NCBI GenBank assembly: GCA_018819225.1
Contig: JAHJQN010000005.1
Coordinates: 1-64,000 of the forward strand
Length of the DNA: 64,000 nt
From: Candidatus Micrarchaeota archaeon
GTDB taxonomy: Archaea; Micrarchaeota; Micrarchaeia; Norongarragalinales; SBBD01
Reading direction: 5' to 3'
Shown: positions 38,220 to 47,526 of the stretch, piece after piece
Layout of the letters: the number at the start of each line of letters is the position of its first letter
Position numbering within the stretch: position 1 is the first letter of the stretch
Translations under genes and position numbers: made by a program
The notes under the pieces: model-generated
What the model was told of the DNA's origin: nothing
Seen by the model: the letters and a program-made list of their open reading frames with translations, nothing else
Database searches by the model: none

Positions 38220-39521
38220 TCAAAGCAAATCTTTCGCCACGATGCTCAGCACCTCGACTTCCCTGCGAAATTGGTGGGCGTGACGTAATGCAATGGCTTG
38301 CGCCACACTCGGCGCGAGTTCCTCGCCTTCCCGGAATCCGCGCTTGCGGGCGTACGCCAGAATCTCGTCCGATATGGTTTTTCCTGAAGACAGCATTTCG
38401 CGGAAGGGCTGCGCAAACATCGCTGAACCGTGATCTTTTTGGAAAGAGTATGCGAGCTTATGGAATGCCGTACAATACGCGCGCACGCGTGCATCCTCTA
38501 ATCCGTTCAGAGCCACCGCGGGAAGCAGCGTATTGGTGATATAGGAATGAGGAGGCACCAAGAGCACGTGGCCATCGAACTTGAACGGTTTCCGGATGCC
38601 GTCGTCGCTGGGACGCACCACAATCTCTTTCGCGTAAATGCGCTTGAGCACGGCGTTCAAGGCCGAAGAGGCGCCTAGCAAGACGCGCGGATGATTCGCG
38701 TCCATGCCGCGTTGTTCAATGGTTCCGAGTTTGTTGATGCGAACGGGACCCCAGAAAAAATTAAAGGGATTCGCGTTGCGGACGGATAAGGGCACTTTGC
38801 CCATCACCTCCCTAACGTTCGAAATGAATCGTTTTTTTCGGGTAGCCGTTAAATGATTCAAATCCGTCAACGTGGACGCGTAACGAGGCAAGCGGCCGAA
38901 TTCCGTCAATTCGTGGTAGACTCCCGCCAAATGCGAATGCTTCAAATCGCGGTATAAGAGCATGCGCGCATCCTTTCCAACATGTCGTCCTTCATAAAAG
39001 GGCGAGGATTGCAGGAAACAACTGACTGCAGGATCCGCGGCAATCAAGAAATTGTATTGCGAGATGACGGTGCGACGCGTCTCAGGTCCCTTGTAAATGC
39101 GCAGTAGCTTATCCTTATACAACATGGCGCCTTTCGGGAGATCGATGTGAAAATGAAAACCGCATACGCGTGACGCATACTGGCGAAACGCGGGTCCTAA
39201 TACCGCGTCTTGCACGCGGTACCACGGCTTGTTGACCATGAACGGCTCGGAACGACCGGGGTACGTGCCCAAAGGAAGCAGGTAGCCATCGCCTTTCAAC
39301 ATTTTCTCCACGCGGTTTACGTGGTAAAATAAATTGCGAATGGAACCCAGGGAACGCGCGTGGGGCATGGAATTGAATTCGAGCATGGAGTCCCCGACTT
39401 CCATAACAAACGGTTTTCGGGACTTGAAGCGTTTATGAATCCGACGCGCCCCGTTCATGAGGTTTCCGTCATCATCAATCAGGAATACTTCGAGTTCGAA
39501 ACCTACGGTGTGTCGTTTCAT
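38220..39521 (-). CDS. Glutamate-cysteine ligase (GCS2)-like carboxylate-amine ligase
   Basis: TVGFELEVFLID, GFHFH, SSPFYEG and VRIN..GTIEQRGMD motifs. Confidence 0.7.
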   Translation of the reverse strand: MKRHTVGFELEVFLIDDDGNLMNGARRIHKRFKSRKPFVMEVGDSMLEFNSMPHARSLGSIRNLFYHVNRVEKMLKGDGYLLPLGTYPGRSEPFMVNKPWYRVQDAVLGPAFRQYASRVCGFHFHIDLPKGAMLYKDKLLRIYKGPETRRTVISQYNFLIAADPAVSCFLQSSPFYEGRHVGKDARMLLYRDLKHSHLAGVYHELTEFGRLPRYASTLTDLNHLTATRKKRFISNVREVMGKVPLSVRNANPFNFFWGPVRINKLGTIEQRGMDANHPRVLLGASSALNAVLKRIYAKEIVVRPSDDGIRKPFKFDGHVLLVPPHSYITNTLLPAVALNGLEDARVRAYCTAFHKLAYSFQKDHGSAMFAQPFREMLSSGKTISDEILAYARKRGFREGEELAPSVAQAIALRHAHQFRREVEVLSIVAKDLL

Positions 39522-39590
39522 CAATGCCCCTCTTTTACAAAAATTGCGCGAAGGAGTATAATAAGGGAATCGGCCATCAGAAAAAAAGAC

Positions 39591-41024
39591 TCATCCTTTG
39601 ACGACGCCGAGAGGCACCAATCGAGCCACGGGTTTGCTGATTCCCGCCATGTGCACGGCTTTAACGACTTCGTCCACGTCCTTGTACGCGCCGCCCGCCT
39701 CCTCCGCCAGTGAACGCCAGGAAGTGGCGCGAACCGCCTGCCCTTTTTCCTCCATTTCTTTTTGCAATTGTTCTCCGCGGAAGCTTCGCAATGCTTGCTT
39801 ACGGGACATGACCCGCCCGGCTCCATGACACGAACTCCCAAAACTTTCTTTCGCACCAGGAAGGCCGACTAAAACGTAGGAAGCGGTATTCATGCTTCCG
39901 GGAATGATCACGGGTTGGCCGACGTTCCGGTAAGCAGTGGGAATTTCTTTGCGTCCTTTCCAGAACGCACGGGTCGCCCCCTTGCGGTGGATGCACACTT
40001 CCTGCATTTTTCCGTTGACTTCGTGTTCCTCGAATTTGGCGATGTTGTGGCAAACGTCGTACACGAGCTCCATGCCCAAGGACTCCCACGACTGCTTGAA
40101 GACGGATGCAAAGGTTTCGCGGGCCCAATGCGCCATGTAATGGCGATTACAGAATGCATAGTTGATGGCCGCGCGCATTTGTTTCAAATAATTTTGGGCT
40201 TCCGGAGAGGAAACGGGCGCGCAGCATAACTCGGGATCCGGCAAAGAAATGCCGTACTTTTTAGCGGCTTGCAACATGACGCGCAAGTTGTCGTCGCAAA
40301 CTTGGTGCCCGAAACCCCGCGAACCCGAGTGAATCATCATGGTAATCTGTCCTTCATGCGTCAAGCCGAACGCCTTCGCGGTTTCCGCATCATAGATGCG
40401 GTCGATTTTCTGCACTTCCGCGAAGTGGTTTCCGCTGCCGAGCGTACCGAACTGGGGTTTGCCGCGCTTGCGCGCCTTATCGGAAAGCAAGGAAAAATCC
40501 GCGCCTTCAAACACGCCGTTTTCCTCGCAATGCTCGGCATCCGCGGGCACCCCAAAACCCTGTTCGATGGGATACTGAACACCGGCCGTCACCGCCTCCT
40601 CAAGTTCTTGTTCCGTTAAGCGGACGCGTCCTTTCGTGCCGACTCCGCACGGAATGTTTTGAAAAAGCCCGTTCACGATTTCCTTGAGCCTGGGCTTCAC
40701 ATCCTCTTCAGAAAGACTCGTGCGCAGCAAACGCACGCCGCAATTAATGTCGTAACCCACGCCGCCCGGCGAAATCACGCCGTCCTCCATCGAAAACGCA
40801 GCCACGCCTCCAATGGGAAATCCGTATCCTTCATGGCCGTCGGGCATGACTTGAGCGGCCTCTAAAATTCCGGGCAGCTTCGCCACATTGGATGCTTGCC
40901 AGAGCGTGCGATCCGAATGCAATTTGTTCAGCATTTGAGGCGTGGAATAAACGCGCACGGGAACGCGCATGCCGTCCACTGCAGGCGCTTCGTATACTCC
41001 GTTTCGAATGAGTTTCAAATCCAT
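39591..41024 (-). CDS. rtcB: tRNA-splicing ligase RtcB
   Basis: MPDGHEGYGFPIG, DINCG, GSGNHF, HSGSRG, HRKGAT and HGAGR motifs; no intein seen. Confidence 0.98.
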   Translation of the reverse strand: MDLKLIRNGVYEAPAVDGMRVPVRVYSTPQMLNKLHSDRTLWQASNVAKLPGILEAAQVMPDGHEGYGFPIGGVAAFSMEDGVISPGGVGYDINCGVRLLRTSLSEEDVKPRLKEIVNGLFQNIPCGVGTKGRVRLTEQELEEAVTAGVQYPIEQGFGVPADAEHCEENGVFEGADFSLLSDKARKRGKPQFGTLGSGNHFAEVQKIDRIYDAETAKAFGLTHEGQITMMIHSGSRGFGHQVCDDNLRVMLQAAKKYGISLPDPELCCAPVSSPEAQNYLKQMRAAINYAFCNRHYMAHWARETFASVFKQSWESLGMELVYDVCHNIAKFEEHEVNGKMQEVCIHRKGATRAFWKGRKEIPTAYRNVGQPVIIPGSMNTASYVLVGLPGAKESFGSSCHGAGRVMSRKQALRSFRGEQLQKEMEEKGQAVRATSWRSLAEEAGGAYKDVDEVVKAVHMAGISKPVARLVPLGVVKG

Positions 41025-41136
41025 GAGGTATATCCACCGGTCGCCCATCATCGTTCAATAAAAAAGGAGAACAGATTTATAGAAGAGAGCGTATTTTAAT
41101 GTTGTCTTGGTTATGCGCCTTCCAAAGGAAAAACCC

Positions 41137-41658
41137 ATGTTCAGAAAACGCTTCAGTATGGTTATGGCGTTGGCGCTATTGAGTACTGGATGCCTCATTA
41201 GCTTGGAAGGGACTCAACTTGAAAGCGATAAAACGAGTTATACCACTTCGGAAAACGTGTTGTTGAGTGCGAAAGGAGACGGATCGAAGTACGCGTGGCA
41301 AGGCAGTAATATCACGGAAATCCGGTATTATAATGCGCCGTACAACAAATGGATGGTTCTGGATTTGGGCGAGATTCCGAATCCTTATCAAGTCTGTTTG
41401 CCTTCCGGGACGTTGGTCGAACGCTTTGAGATGTACACGCCCGAAAACGAGAATTCGTGCAAGCGTCTATTGAATGCCGAATTTAGTTGGAACGGACTGC
41501 AGTTAATGAAACAAGAGCTTGATTGCAATGGCCAACCGTACACGCATTACCAGAAATTCGCGAAAAAAGGGAAATTCAAAGCCGTTCTTAAAACGTACAA
41601 CGACGCCGGTTGTTCTTCGCTGAATCAAACGCTGGAAGTGGAGTTTGAGGTTCAATAG
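41137..41658 (+). CDS. Putative lipoprotein
   Basis: MFRKRF n-region, hydrophobic core and lipobox LSTGC. Confidence 0.75.
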   Translation: MFRKRFSMVMALALLSTGCLISLEGTQLESDKTSYTTSENVLLSAKGDGSKYAWQGSNITEIRYYNAPYNKWMVLDLGEIPNPYQVCLPSGTLVERFEMYTPENENSCKRLLNAEFSWNGLQLMKQELDCNGQPYTHYQKFAKKGKFKAVLKTYNDAGCSSLNQTLEVEFEVQ

Positions 41659-41670
41659 GCGTTCAGCGCG

Positions 41671-42105
41671 CTACGCTTTCTTGAGTTTAACGCGTTCGAG
41701 GATGATGGTGGGCGAGATTTTGGTGACGCCATCCATCACCGAAATTTTCTCGTTGATGAAGCGCGTCACCTCTTCTTGGTTATGCATCCACACTTCCATT
41801 AGCACCATGTGCTCGCCCGTTGAAGTTGCCAGATACGAGATTTCATTCAAACGGGCAAGCGCCTCCACGACTTTCAAAAACTTGAGCGGTTCGATATTCA
41901 AACCAATAAACGCCACGGAATCGAAACCGATCTTGCGAGGATCTACAATGGCTTGATACTGAAGGATCACGCCTTGTTTTTCAAGGTTTCGCACGCGATT
42001 CCGAACGGTGGCTTCGCTGACATCCAATTCCTCAGCGATCTTGAGGTATCGGACGCGACCATTTGAACGCAACGCCTTGACAATGCCTTGATCGAGTTCA
42101 TCCAC
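41671..42105 (-). CDS. Lrp/AsnC family transcriptional regulator
   Basis: DELD..IV..L..NGR....IA..L.VSEATVRNRV HTH, followed by an AsnC ligand domain. Confidence 0.95.
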   Translation of the reverse strand: MDELDQGIVKALRSNGRVRYLKIAEELDVSEATVRNRVRNLEKQGVILQYQAIVDPRKIGFDSVAFIGLNIEPLKFLKVVEALARLNEISYLATSTGEHMVLMEVWMHNQEEVTRFINEKISVMDGVTKISPTIILERVKLKKA

Positions 42106-42165
42106 GAAGAATACCCAAAGCCCCTACAAATTGCGAATTCCGCAGGGTTGATACTGAATAACGAA

Positions 42166-42198
42166 AAAATATAAGCATTATTCTGAATTTCTTCAGAA
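42166..42198 (-). promoter_or_regulatory. TATA box and adjacent inverted repeat upstream of the Lrp gene (candidate operator)
   Basis: CTTATATTTT on the minus strand at 42166-42175; TTCTGAA-N4-TTCAGAA at 42181-42198. Confidence 0.45.
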
Positions 42199-42316
42199 TT
42201 ATTCTAATTTTCGTCCCGTTTTCCATGAAGATTTACCGGAAATCTTAAAAAAACTATAAAATAAAAAAATTAAAAATATGAAAATGGCACTAAAAAGTGC
42301 CAATTTCATACTAAAA

Positions 42317-42928
42317 CTAAGTCAAATCGTACCAAATGTCGTACGCGTTGTAGTTAGGGGTCTTGGCTACAACGATCTCGTAGTTGATCCGACCGAAGCT
42401 GCTAGTAATGAAGTTGCTGAGGTTCGTGCAGAACCCATAGTTCTCCGTTCCCGCACCAGTGGAATCGAAGATGATGGCCGTGCTGCGCGAGTCCGTTGTG
42501 TTTAACACGCGCATGTTCAACGCACTCCCGCACTGTCCGTCGGATGCGGAAGAATCGAAGTGATTCGCGGTCACGTAATATCCCGTGAGAGAGAAGTTGC
42601 CGTCCGTGGTGCTGTTCGTTGAGGCGTTCACGAACGGTTCCGATGGAGTGACGCCGGTCTCAAAGAAGTACAGTACTCCTGAAGAAACGGGTTTCGTGTA
42701 CAACACGTTGCCTACGGCGGTATTGTTCCGGACTTGCAGAGTCAAATTTCCGTAGAAACCAACGTACTGCTCCATGCGTCCTGTAACGGTCAAGTTGCTG
42801 GACGTTCCGTTATCAGTTGGTGCGGCTACGTTCGTGTTATCCGATTGCTGAATGGCAAATACCATGGTCGCAGCAATAGATATTAAAAACAGAAATACTA
42901 CGACGAATCTCTTATTTATATTCCTCAT
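42317..42928 (-). CDS. Secreted beta-rich glycoprotein
   Basis: Signal peptide; QYVGFYGNLT motif; many N-x-S/T sequons; TTTATATA promoter near 43011-43018; AT-rich flanks. Confidence 0.8.
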   Translation of the reverse strand: MRNINKRFVVVFLFLISIAATMVFAIQQSDNTNVAAPTDNGTSSNLTVTGRMEQYVGFYGNLTLQVRNNTAVGNVLYTKPVSSGVLYFFETGVTPSEPFVNASTNSTTDGNFSLTGYYVTANHFDSSASDGQCGSALNMRVLNTTDSRSTAIIFDSTGAGTENYGFCTNLSNFITSSFGRINYEIVVAKTPNYNAYDIWYDLT

Positions 42929-43206
42929 TTCCCAACAACACCCCTCGATTTATTGATTTAGATTTAGCATATTCAAAAAAAATATACGAAAATCGTAATA
43001 ATATAGACATATATAAATCTTTCCATTGAGTAAATTAGCTATTATAATAAGAATAAACTAAATCAAATGTGGTTATTACGTTAAAATAGGATAAGAATTG
43101 GATGTAAAGGGGATTAATGACGCGATGGAATAAATTGAAAGCAAGGACTCAAACGATAAGCTAAAAAGTAATCAAAGGCAATAAGGAAAGGAGGTGTAAA
43201 TCGTTC

Positions 43207-43857
43207 ATGAAACTATTTATCGATACCGCTGATCTCAAGGAAATACAGGAGGCTGCACAATGGGGCGTCATTGATGGCGTCACCACCAATCCGTCCCTGG
43301 TAGCGAAAACCGGGAACAAGGATTTCAAACAAGTCGTGCAAGAAATCACGAAGCTCATTGACGGGCCTATTTCAGCTGAAACCATCAGTTCCGATGCCAA
43401 AGGCATGGTTGAAGAAGGACAAAAATACGCGAAGTGGCATAAGAATATCGTCATCAAGGTGCCGATGACGGAGGACGGCATTCAAGCGTGCAAGAAGCTC
43501 GCTGACGAAGGCATTCGAGTCAACGTGACCCTTGTTTTCTCAGCGAACCAAGCTTTGTTGGCAGCCAAGGCCGGAGCGTATTTCGTTAGCCCGTTTGTAG
43601 GCCGAATCGATGACGCAGGAGCTGACGGCATGCAGCTCGTTCGGGACATCGTGCAGATCTACAAGAATTACGGGTTCAAGACGCAGGTTCTCGCAGCCAG
43701 CATTCGCCACCCCGTGCACGTGCTCGATACGGCTAAGGCAGGAGCCGATGTGGCGACGTGCCCGTATAAGGTATTGAAGCAGCTGTTTCGACATCCCCTG
43801 ACGGATAAGGGAGTACGCCAGTTCCTGGATGACTGGAAGAAGCTGCAGAGCGGATAG
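43207..43857 (+). CDS. tal: Transaldolase (short FSA/TalC type)
   Basis: [25 protein letters not shown] and AASIR motifs; AGGAGGTG RBS. Confidence 0.95.
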   Translation: MKLFIDTADLKEIQEAAQWGVIDGVTTNPSLVAKTGNKDFKQVVQEITKLIDGPISAETISSDAKGMVEEGQKYAKWHKNIVIKVPMTEDGIQACKKLADEGIRVNVTLVFSANQALLAAKAGAYFVSPFVGRIDDAGADGMQLVRDIVQIYKNYGFKTQVLAASIRHPVHVLDTAKAGADVATCPYKVLKQLFRHPLTDKGVRQFLDDWKKLQSG

Positions 43858-44054
43858 TACAAGCAAGCGCGTTTTAGGAAAATGGCTTAAATATCGTTTC
43901 CAGAACGTGAGATCTGAAACACCCATATTTTTATGGATTTCGAAGCCCATTAAGGCAAATGACGGGTAAAACGTTAAATACTTTGAAATCAAGAATAGGT
44001 TGGGAAGAGAAAACGCAAGAAGGGTTTCGCCTCTTTTAATAAGAGGTGATGAAG

Positions 44055-44180
44055 ATGACGATGGAAGAACTAGTGTTACTTCTAGTCCTCTTGCTCGCCG
44101 CCGTGGTCCTGATTCCGAGATTCTTCGAAAAACAAGGGTCCAGCTCGGCTTTCAAAAAAGGTGAATTACCGCGCTTCTAG
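44055..44180 (+). CDS. 41-aa single-TM micro-protein
   Basis: GAGGTGA RBS; MTMEELVLLLVLLLAAVVLIPRFFEKQGSSSAFKKGELPRF. Confidence 0.6.
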   Translation: MTMEELVLLLVLLLAAVVLIPRFFEKQGSSSAFKKGELPRF

Positions 44181-44204
44181 TGTTCGCGCTATAAAAGGGA
44201 TTGC

Positions 44205-44288
44205 ATGGAAGGAACATTGTTTTTGGGACTGCTCGTCGCCGGATGGATTATTAGCAGCTCGGACTTTGGAGACGCTGCAGTCATATAA
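44205..44288 (+). CDS. 27-aa hydrophobic micro-protein
   Basis: AAGGGA upstream; MEGTLFLGLLVAGWIISSSDFGDAAVI. Confidence 0.4.
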   Translation: MEGTLFLGLLVAGWIISSSDFGDAAVI

Positions 44289-44415
44289 CCGCCCATCGGA
44301 TGAAAAGGAGCGTTAGTTGCAGCATGACCGGGACCAATAAAACATCACCGCGCATCCGCGGAGAATAGTTGAATATTAGTTACCATATATTAGTAGTAAC
44401 AATCAAGGTAGGAGT

Positions 44416-44475
44416 ATGATCTTTGAACTGATGGCCGTTGGATTCTTGGGCGTTATTCTATACTCCCCGGTCTGA
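44416..44475 (+). CDS. 19-aa hydrophobic micro-peptide
   Basis: AGGTAGGAG upstream; MIFELMAVGFLGVILYSPV. Confidence 0.35.
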   Translation: MIFELMAVGFLGVILYSPV

Positions 44476-44585
44476 CCGATGACCACGCCGGAAAAGAGAG
44501 TCCGCTCATGAAAAGCGAACTCCCGCGATACTAACGACCTTTTTCAAACAAGGTCGATAAAAAAATCTAGGAGCATTAAAAAAAG

Positions 44586-44705
44586 TGGGGCCGCCGAGAT
44601 TTGAACTCGGATCGCTGCCACTCCGGCCTTCACGCGCCTTGCAGCTTTTGGCAGAGCGAGGGAAGGTCCCCAAGGCAGTAGGATGCCAGGTTACCCCACG
44701 GCCCC
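44586..44705 (-). tRNA. tRNA-Pro(GGG) with a 47-nt intron at 37/38 (44621-44667)
   Basis: GGGGCCG/CGGCCCC acceptor; CTGCC/GGCAG anticodon stem; BHB with bulges GGA and AGT and helix TTGG/CCGG; conserved position downstream of rpoN. Confidence 0.93.
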
Positions 44706-44717
44706 CCCAAAAAAAAC

Positions 44718-44933
44718 TTAGAAGCGCGGATAATGAATGATTTCGTCCACAAGGTCTTCCTGCGAAAGCAGCATTCGGCGGCAGCAATAACGATCAAAAC
44801 CAAACCGGTCCATTGTCTTGCCCGCATCCGCTTCCTTACCCAGTTCCTTGGCACGCTCCAAATCCTCGCGGTACTCGTAATACTTGTCTGCCACGACCTT
44901 ACCGCACGTAAAACAACGAACCGGACACATCAT
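44718..44933 (-). CDS. rpoN: RNA polymerase subunit Rpo10 (N)
   Basis: PVRCFTCG...RYCCRRM. Confidence 0.97.
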   Translation of the reverse strand: MMCPVRCFTCGKVVADKYYEYREDLERAKELGKEADAGKTMDRFGFDRYCCRRMLLSQEDLVDEIIHYPRF

Positions 44934-45124
44934 CGTTTCTTTCGCCTCTTTTTAAGAAAATCCTTCAACCCCTTTTCTTCAACATTCAATGGAACACCTC
45001 TCCAAAGACATTCATCGCACTCATAAACGCCCATGTGTTCGACGACGCCTGGTACAGCCACGTCGCTGAACGAAGGCGTGCGGAGTTTCGTACTCCAACA
45101 TTCCGGGCAGACATTGATTCTCAT
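44930..45124 (-). CDS. Small zinc-ribbon protein
   Basis: CPEC...CDEC and a basic tail; translationally coupled between rps9 and rpoN. Confidence 0.75.
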   Translation of the reverse strand: MRINVCPECWSTKLRTPSFSDVAVPGVVEHMGVYECDECLWRGVPLNVEEKGLKDFLKKRRKKR

Positions 45125-45127
45125 GGT

Positions 45128-45553
45128 TTAACGGTACGACTTTGTAAATCTCGCGCGCGCTTTCGGTCCCTTGAACTTTTTGGGTTCCACGCGTCGCGGG
45201 TCCTCGACGAGCAGTGACCGATCGTAAGTCATGAACTGCTCTCGCAACGAATCATTCTTCGAGTATTGAACGATTGCGCGGGCTACCGCGGTTCGGGCGG
45301 CTTGCGCCTGACCTGAAAATCCTCCGCCGCGCACGTTCACATGCACGTCGAAATCAGGATGGTCAATAAACTGCAACGGCTCGCTGACGACCTCACGCAT
45401 GAACGGCGAATCGTGGGCGGTCAGCAACAATCCATTGATGTAAATTTTTCCGCTTCCGGGTTGAATGGATGCACGCGCAATGGCTTCCTTTCGCTTGCCG
45501 CGCGTCACCAGGGACTTCTTCTTTTTTCGTTTCTTTTTCTCTTCATCGGTCAT
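45128..45553 (-). CDS. rps9: 30S ribosomal protein uS9
   Basis: GKRKEAIARA, GGGFSGQA and ARARFTKSYR motifs. Confidence 0.97.
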   Translation of the reverse strand: MTDEEKKKRKKKKSLVTRGKRKEAIARASIQPGSGKIYINGLLLTAHDSPFMREVVSEPLQFIDHPDFDVHVNVRGGGFSGQAQAARTAVARAIVQYSKNDSLREQFMTYDRSLLVEDPRRVEPKKFKGPKARARFTKSYR

Positions 45554-45567
45554 AATCGTTCCATCCT

Positions 45568-45972
45568 CTAAATGCGTGTGCACAATTCCTCCAAAGAAAT
45601 AAATCGACAGGTTAGGGAATCCGATACGGCCTTAAATCGTTTCGCCTTTCCCGCATACTCCGAAGGCGCGCCACGGTAAGCCATGACGCGCTTGAGGGCC
45701 TGCGTTCCACGTTCGGAATGCTTGGGGAGCATGCCCCTCACGATTCGCTTGAACAAATAGTCTTCACGCTTCGGCCACTTCGTGCTCTGATCCGGGTTGG
45801 CCTTGTTTTGAATGCGACGGCGCTTCATGTAGCGTTCAACGATCGCCTTGGGATCACCGGATAAAACGGCTTTCTCAATATGAATGATGATCACGTCTTC
45901 GCCTTCCAGCGCGGCCTTGGCCGCAGTGGCCGCCAAGCGTCCGACAATGGCTTGAGAAGCATCAATAATCAT
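45568..45972 (-). CDS. rpl13: 50S ribosomal protein uL13
   Basis: IIDA....GRLA and VRGMLP motifs. Confidence 0.95.
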   Translation of the reverse strand: MIIDASQAIVGRLAATAAKAALEGEDVIIIHIEKAVLSGDPKAIVERYMKRRRIQNKANPDQSTKWPKREDYLFKRIVRGMLPKHSERGTQALKRVMAYRGAPSEYAGKAKRFKAVSDSLTCRFISLEELCTRI

Positions 45973-46335
45973 TTATATCACGATGATAACGCGGGATCCC
46001 TTCGGATCTTTTTTTACGAGTTCGGGAATGGACATAACCGTACAGGACGCTTTCCGCAGTTTTTCTGCTGCGGGTTTCGCGATTTGATACGCGGCGACCG
46101 TGAATTTTTTCCGCAGGGTTCCATTGCCCAATACTTTTCCGGGAACCAATAATATTTTGTCATCATGCGCAAGAAGGTTCAGTTTGACGAGGTTGACTTC
46201 CACGCGGCGACGGCGCGGTCGGTTGAGTAATTCCACGGCGCGGTACCAGATGCCCGCCTTTTGCGCACTAGACGCTTTCGTCAACAAGCGTATCAACCGC
46301 CTGAGTTCCGGAATTTCCGTACCGCGTTTTACCAT
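45973..46335 (-). CDS. rpl18e: 50S ribosomal protein eL18
   Basis: RRVEVNL and VPGKVLGNG motifs; true start MVKRG at 46335. Confidence 0.95.
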   Translation of the reverse strand: MVKRGTEIPELRRLIRLLTKASSAQKAGIWYRAVELLNRPRRRRVEVNLVKLNLLAHDDKILLVPGKVLGNGTLRKKFTVAAYQIAKPAAEKLRKASCTVMSIPELVKKDPKGSRVIIVI

Positions 46336-46446
46336 TTTATTCACTTTTACAAATATTATTTTTGAATGCGACTTTTTGATCGACCTTTTTTGAAAAACAT
46401 CATTTTCTTTTGGTGAAGCTTTTCTTTTCGAAAGAAAAGGTTCGTA

Positions 46447-46566
46447 TGCAGGGGCGGGGATTTTCATCGTTTTTCTCGAACGGAAAAAAACGGTTTTGAA
46501 CCCCGGCATCCTCTACGGAACAGAGACCTCAACCCTGCGCATTTGACCAGACTCTGCCACCCCTGC
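46447..46566 (-). tRNA. tRNA-Leu(GAG) with a 34-nt T-loop intron at 59/60 (46461-46494)
   Basis: GCAGGGG/CCCCTGC acceptor; CAGGG-TT-GAG-GT-CTCTG anticodon arm; long variable arm; T arm CGGGG-TTCAAA|T-CCCCG split by a hairpin with BHB helix TTCA/TGAA. Confidence 0.92.
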
Positions 46567-46569
46567 ATC

Positions 46570-46818
46570 TCAGGTTATCATGATGCGTTGGATCGCGTCT
46601 TCGTCGGACATGCCCTCGAACTGAACCGCTTTCTTGCGGGTTTGAGCGCCTCGGATGAGACGCACGCGCGCTCCCGATCGCTTCTCCAGCTCGTGAAGAA
46701 GTTCCCGGTTGGCGCGTTCGTTGGTGGGCGGGCTTCGAAGCCAGACCTTCAAACCATTTTCGAAGGCGGCGACGGAAAACCGCTTGGCATTGGGCACGAC
46801 GCGAATGTTCATGATCAT
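46570..46818 (-). CDS. DUF167 (YggU) family protein
   Basis: IRVVPNAK, PP...RANREL and G.QTRKK motifs. Confidence 0.88.
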   Translation of the reverse strand: MIMNIRVVPNAKRFSVAAFENGLKVWLRSPPTNERANRELLHELEKRSGARVRLIRGAQTRKKAVQFEGMSDEDAIQRIMIT

Positions 46819-46860
46819 TTCCTTTCGATAAATTTTCACCAATTAATATTCTCAATTATT

Positions 46861-47511
46861 TTATTTGAGTTCTTTGACGGCTTCCAATGCGTCGAGTTTG
46901 GCTTGCAATAACGTGAGGGCGCGTTTGAGGTGATCCGCGGCACGCACATTGTTGTAACTTTCCACGAAGAAAATGTACTCGTCCTCCCGGAATTCTTCCG
47001 GAATGCCTTTCGAGTCGCTCTTATCCACTTCCGCCAATTCTTTGACGCTGCGTTTGAGGGGGACGAGGCTGTAGGACGCCAGCACGCTCTGAAATTTGGC
47101 ATGCTGTTTTCCCTTGCCTTTAATGGCGAATCCCTCAAAGCGCAAGCGCTGGTCGGCCGCCAATTTGATGATCGGAATGTTTTCGTTGAACACGCGAATT
47201 TTTTCGTCGTTGCTGCGCATATCCCGCGAGTACACCATGCACGGGCCTTCCGCGTTCATGGAAAACGTGACTTCAGCGTCGTCGGCAACGGATTCCTCCC
47301 AAGTCAGGGGAACGAGTCCGATGCGATTCGCCAAGTATTCGTTGAACATGGCGGAATTGTTTTCATAGAAATCCACGCGATCAATCGCATAGCTCTCGAG
47401 CTCGGATAGCATCGTGCGACGCAATGCGTTCATCAAGCCGACGCGGGTCTTCTTGACGTGAAGCTGCAGCTTAAAACCATCCTCTTTCAATACGTCCAAC
47501 TGCATTTTCAT
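46861..47511 (-). CDS. rpoD: RNA polymerase subunit Rpo3 (D), lacking the Fe-S domain
   Basis: NALRR, RIGLVPL and GKQHAKF motifs. Confidence 0.95.
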   Translation of the reverse strand: MKMQLDVLKEDGFKLQLHVKKTRVGLMNALRRTMLSELESYAIDRVDFYENNSAMFNEYLANRIGLVPLTWEESVADDAEVTFSMNAEGPCMVYSRDMRSNDEKIRVFNENIPIIKLAADQRLRFEGFAIKGKGKQHAKFQSVLASYSLVPLKRSVKELAEVDKSDSKGIPEEFREDEYIFFVESYNNVRAADHLKRALTLLQAKLDALEAVKELK

Positions 47512-47526
47512 ATCCACCCATGCGTT

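Noticed and set aside
39521-39856. 111-aa ORF bridging rtcB and the GCS2-like gene
   Set aside because: Mostly an alternative frame within rtcB, with no recognisable features.
46336-46509. N-terminal extension of eL18 in the ORF track
   Set aside because: It overlaps tRNA-Leu and a T-rich spacer; the true start is 46335.
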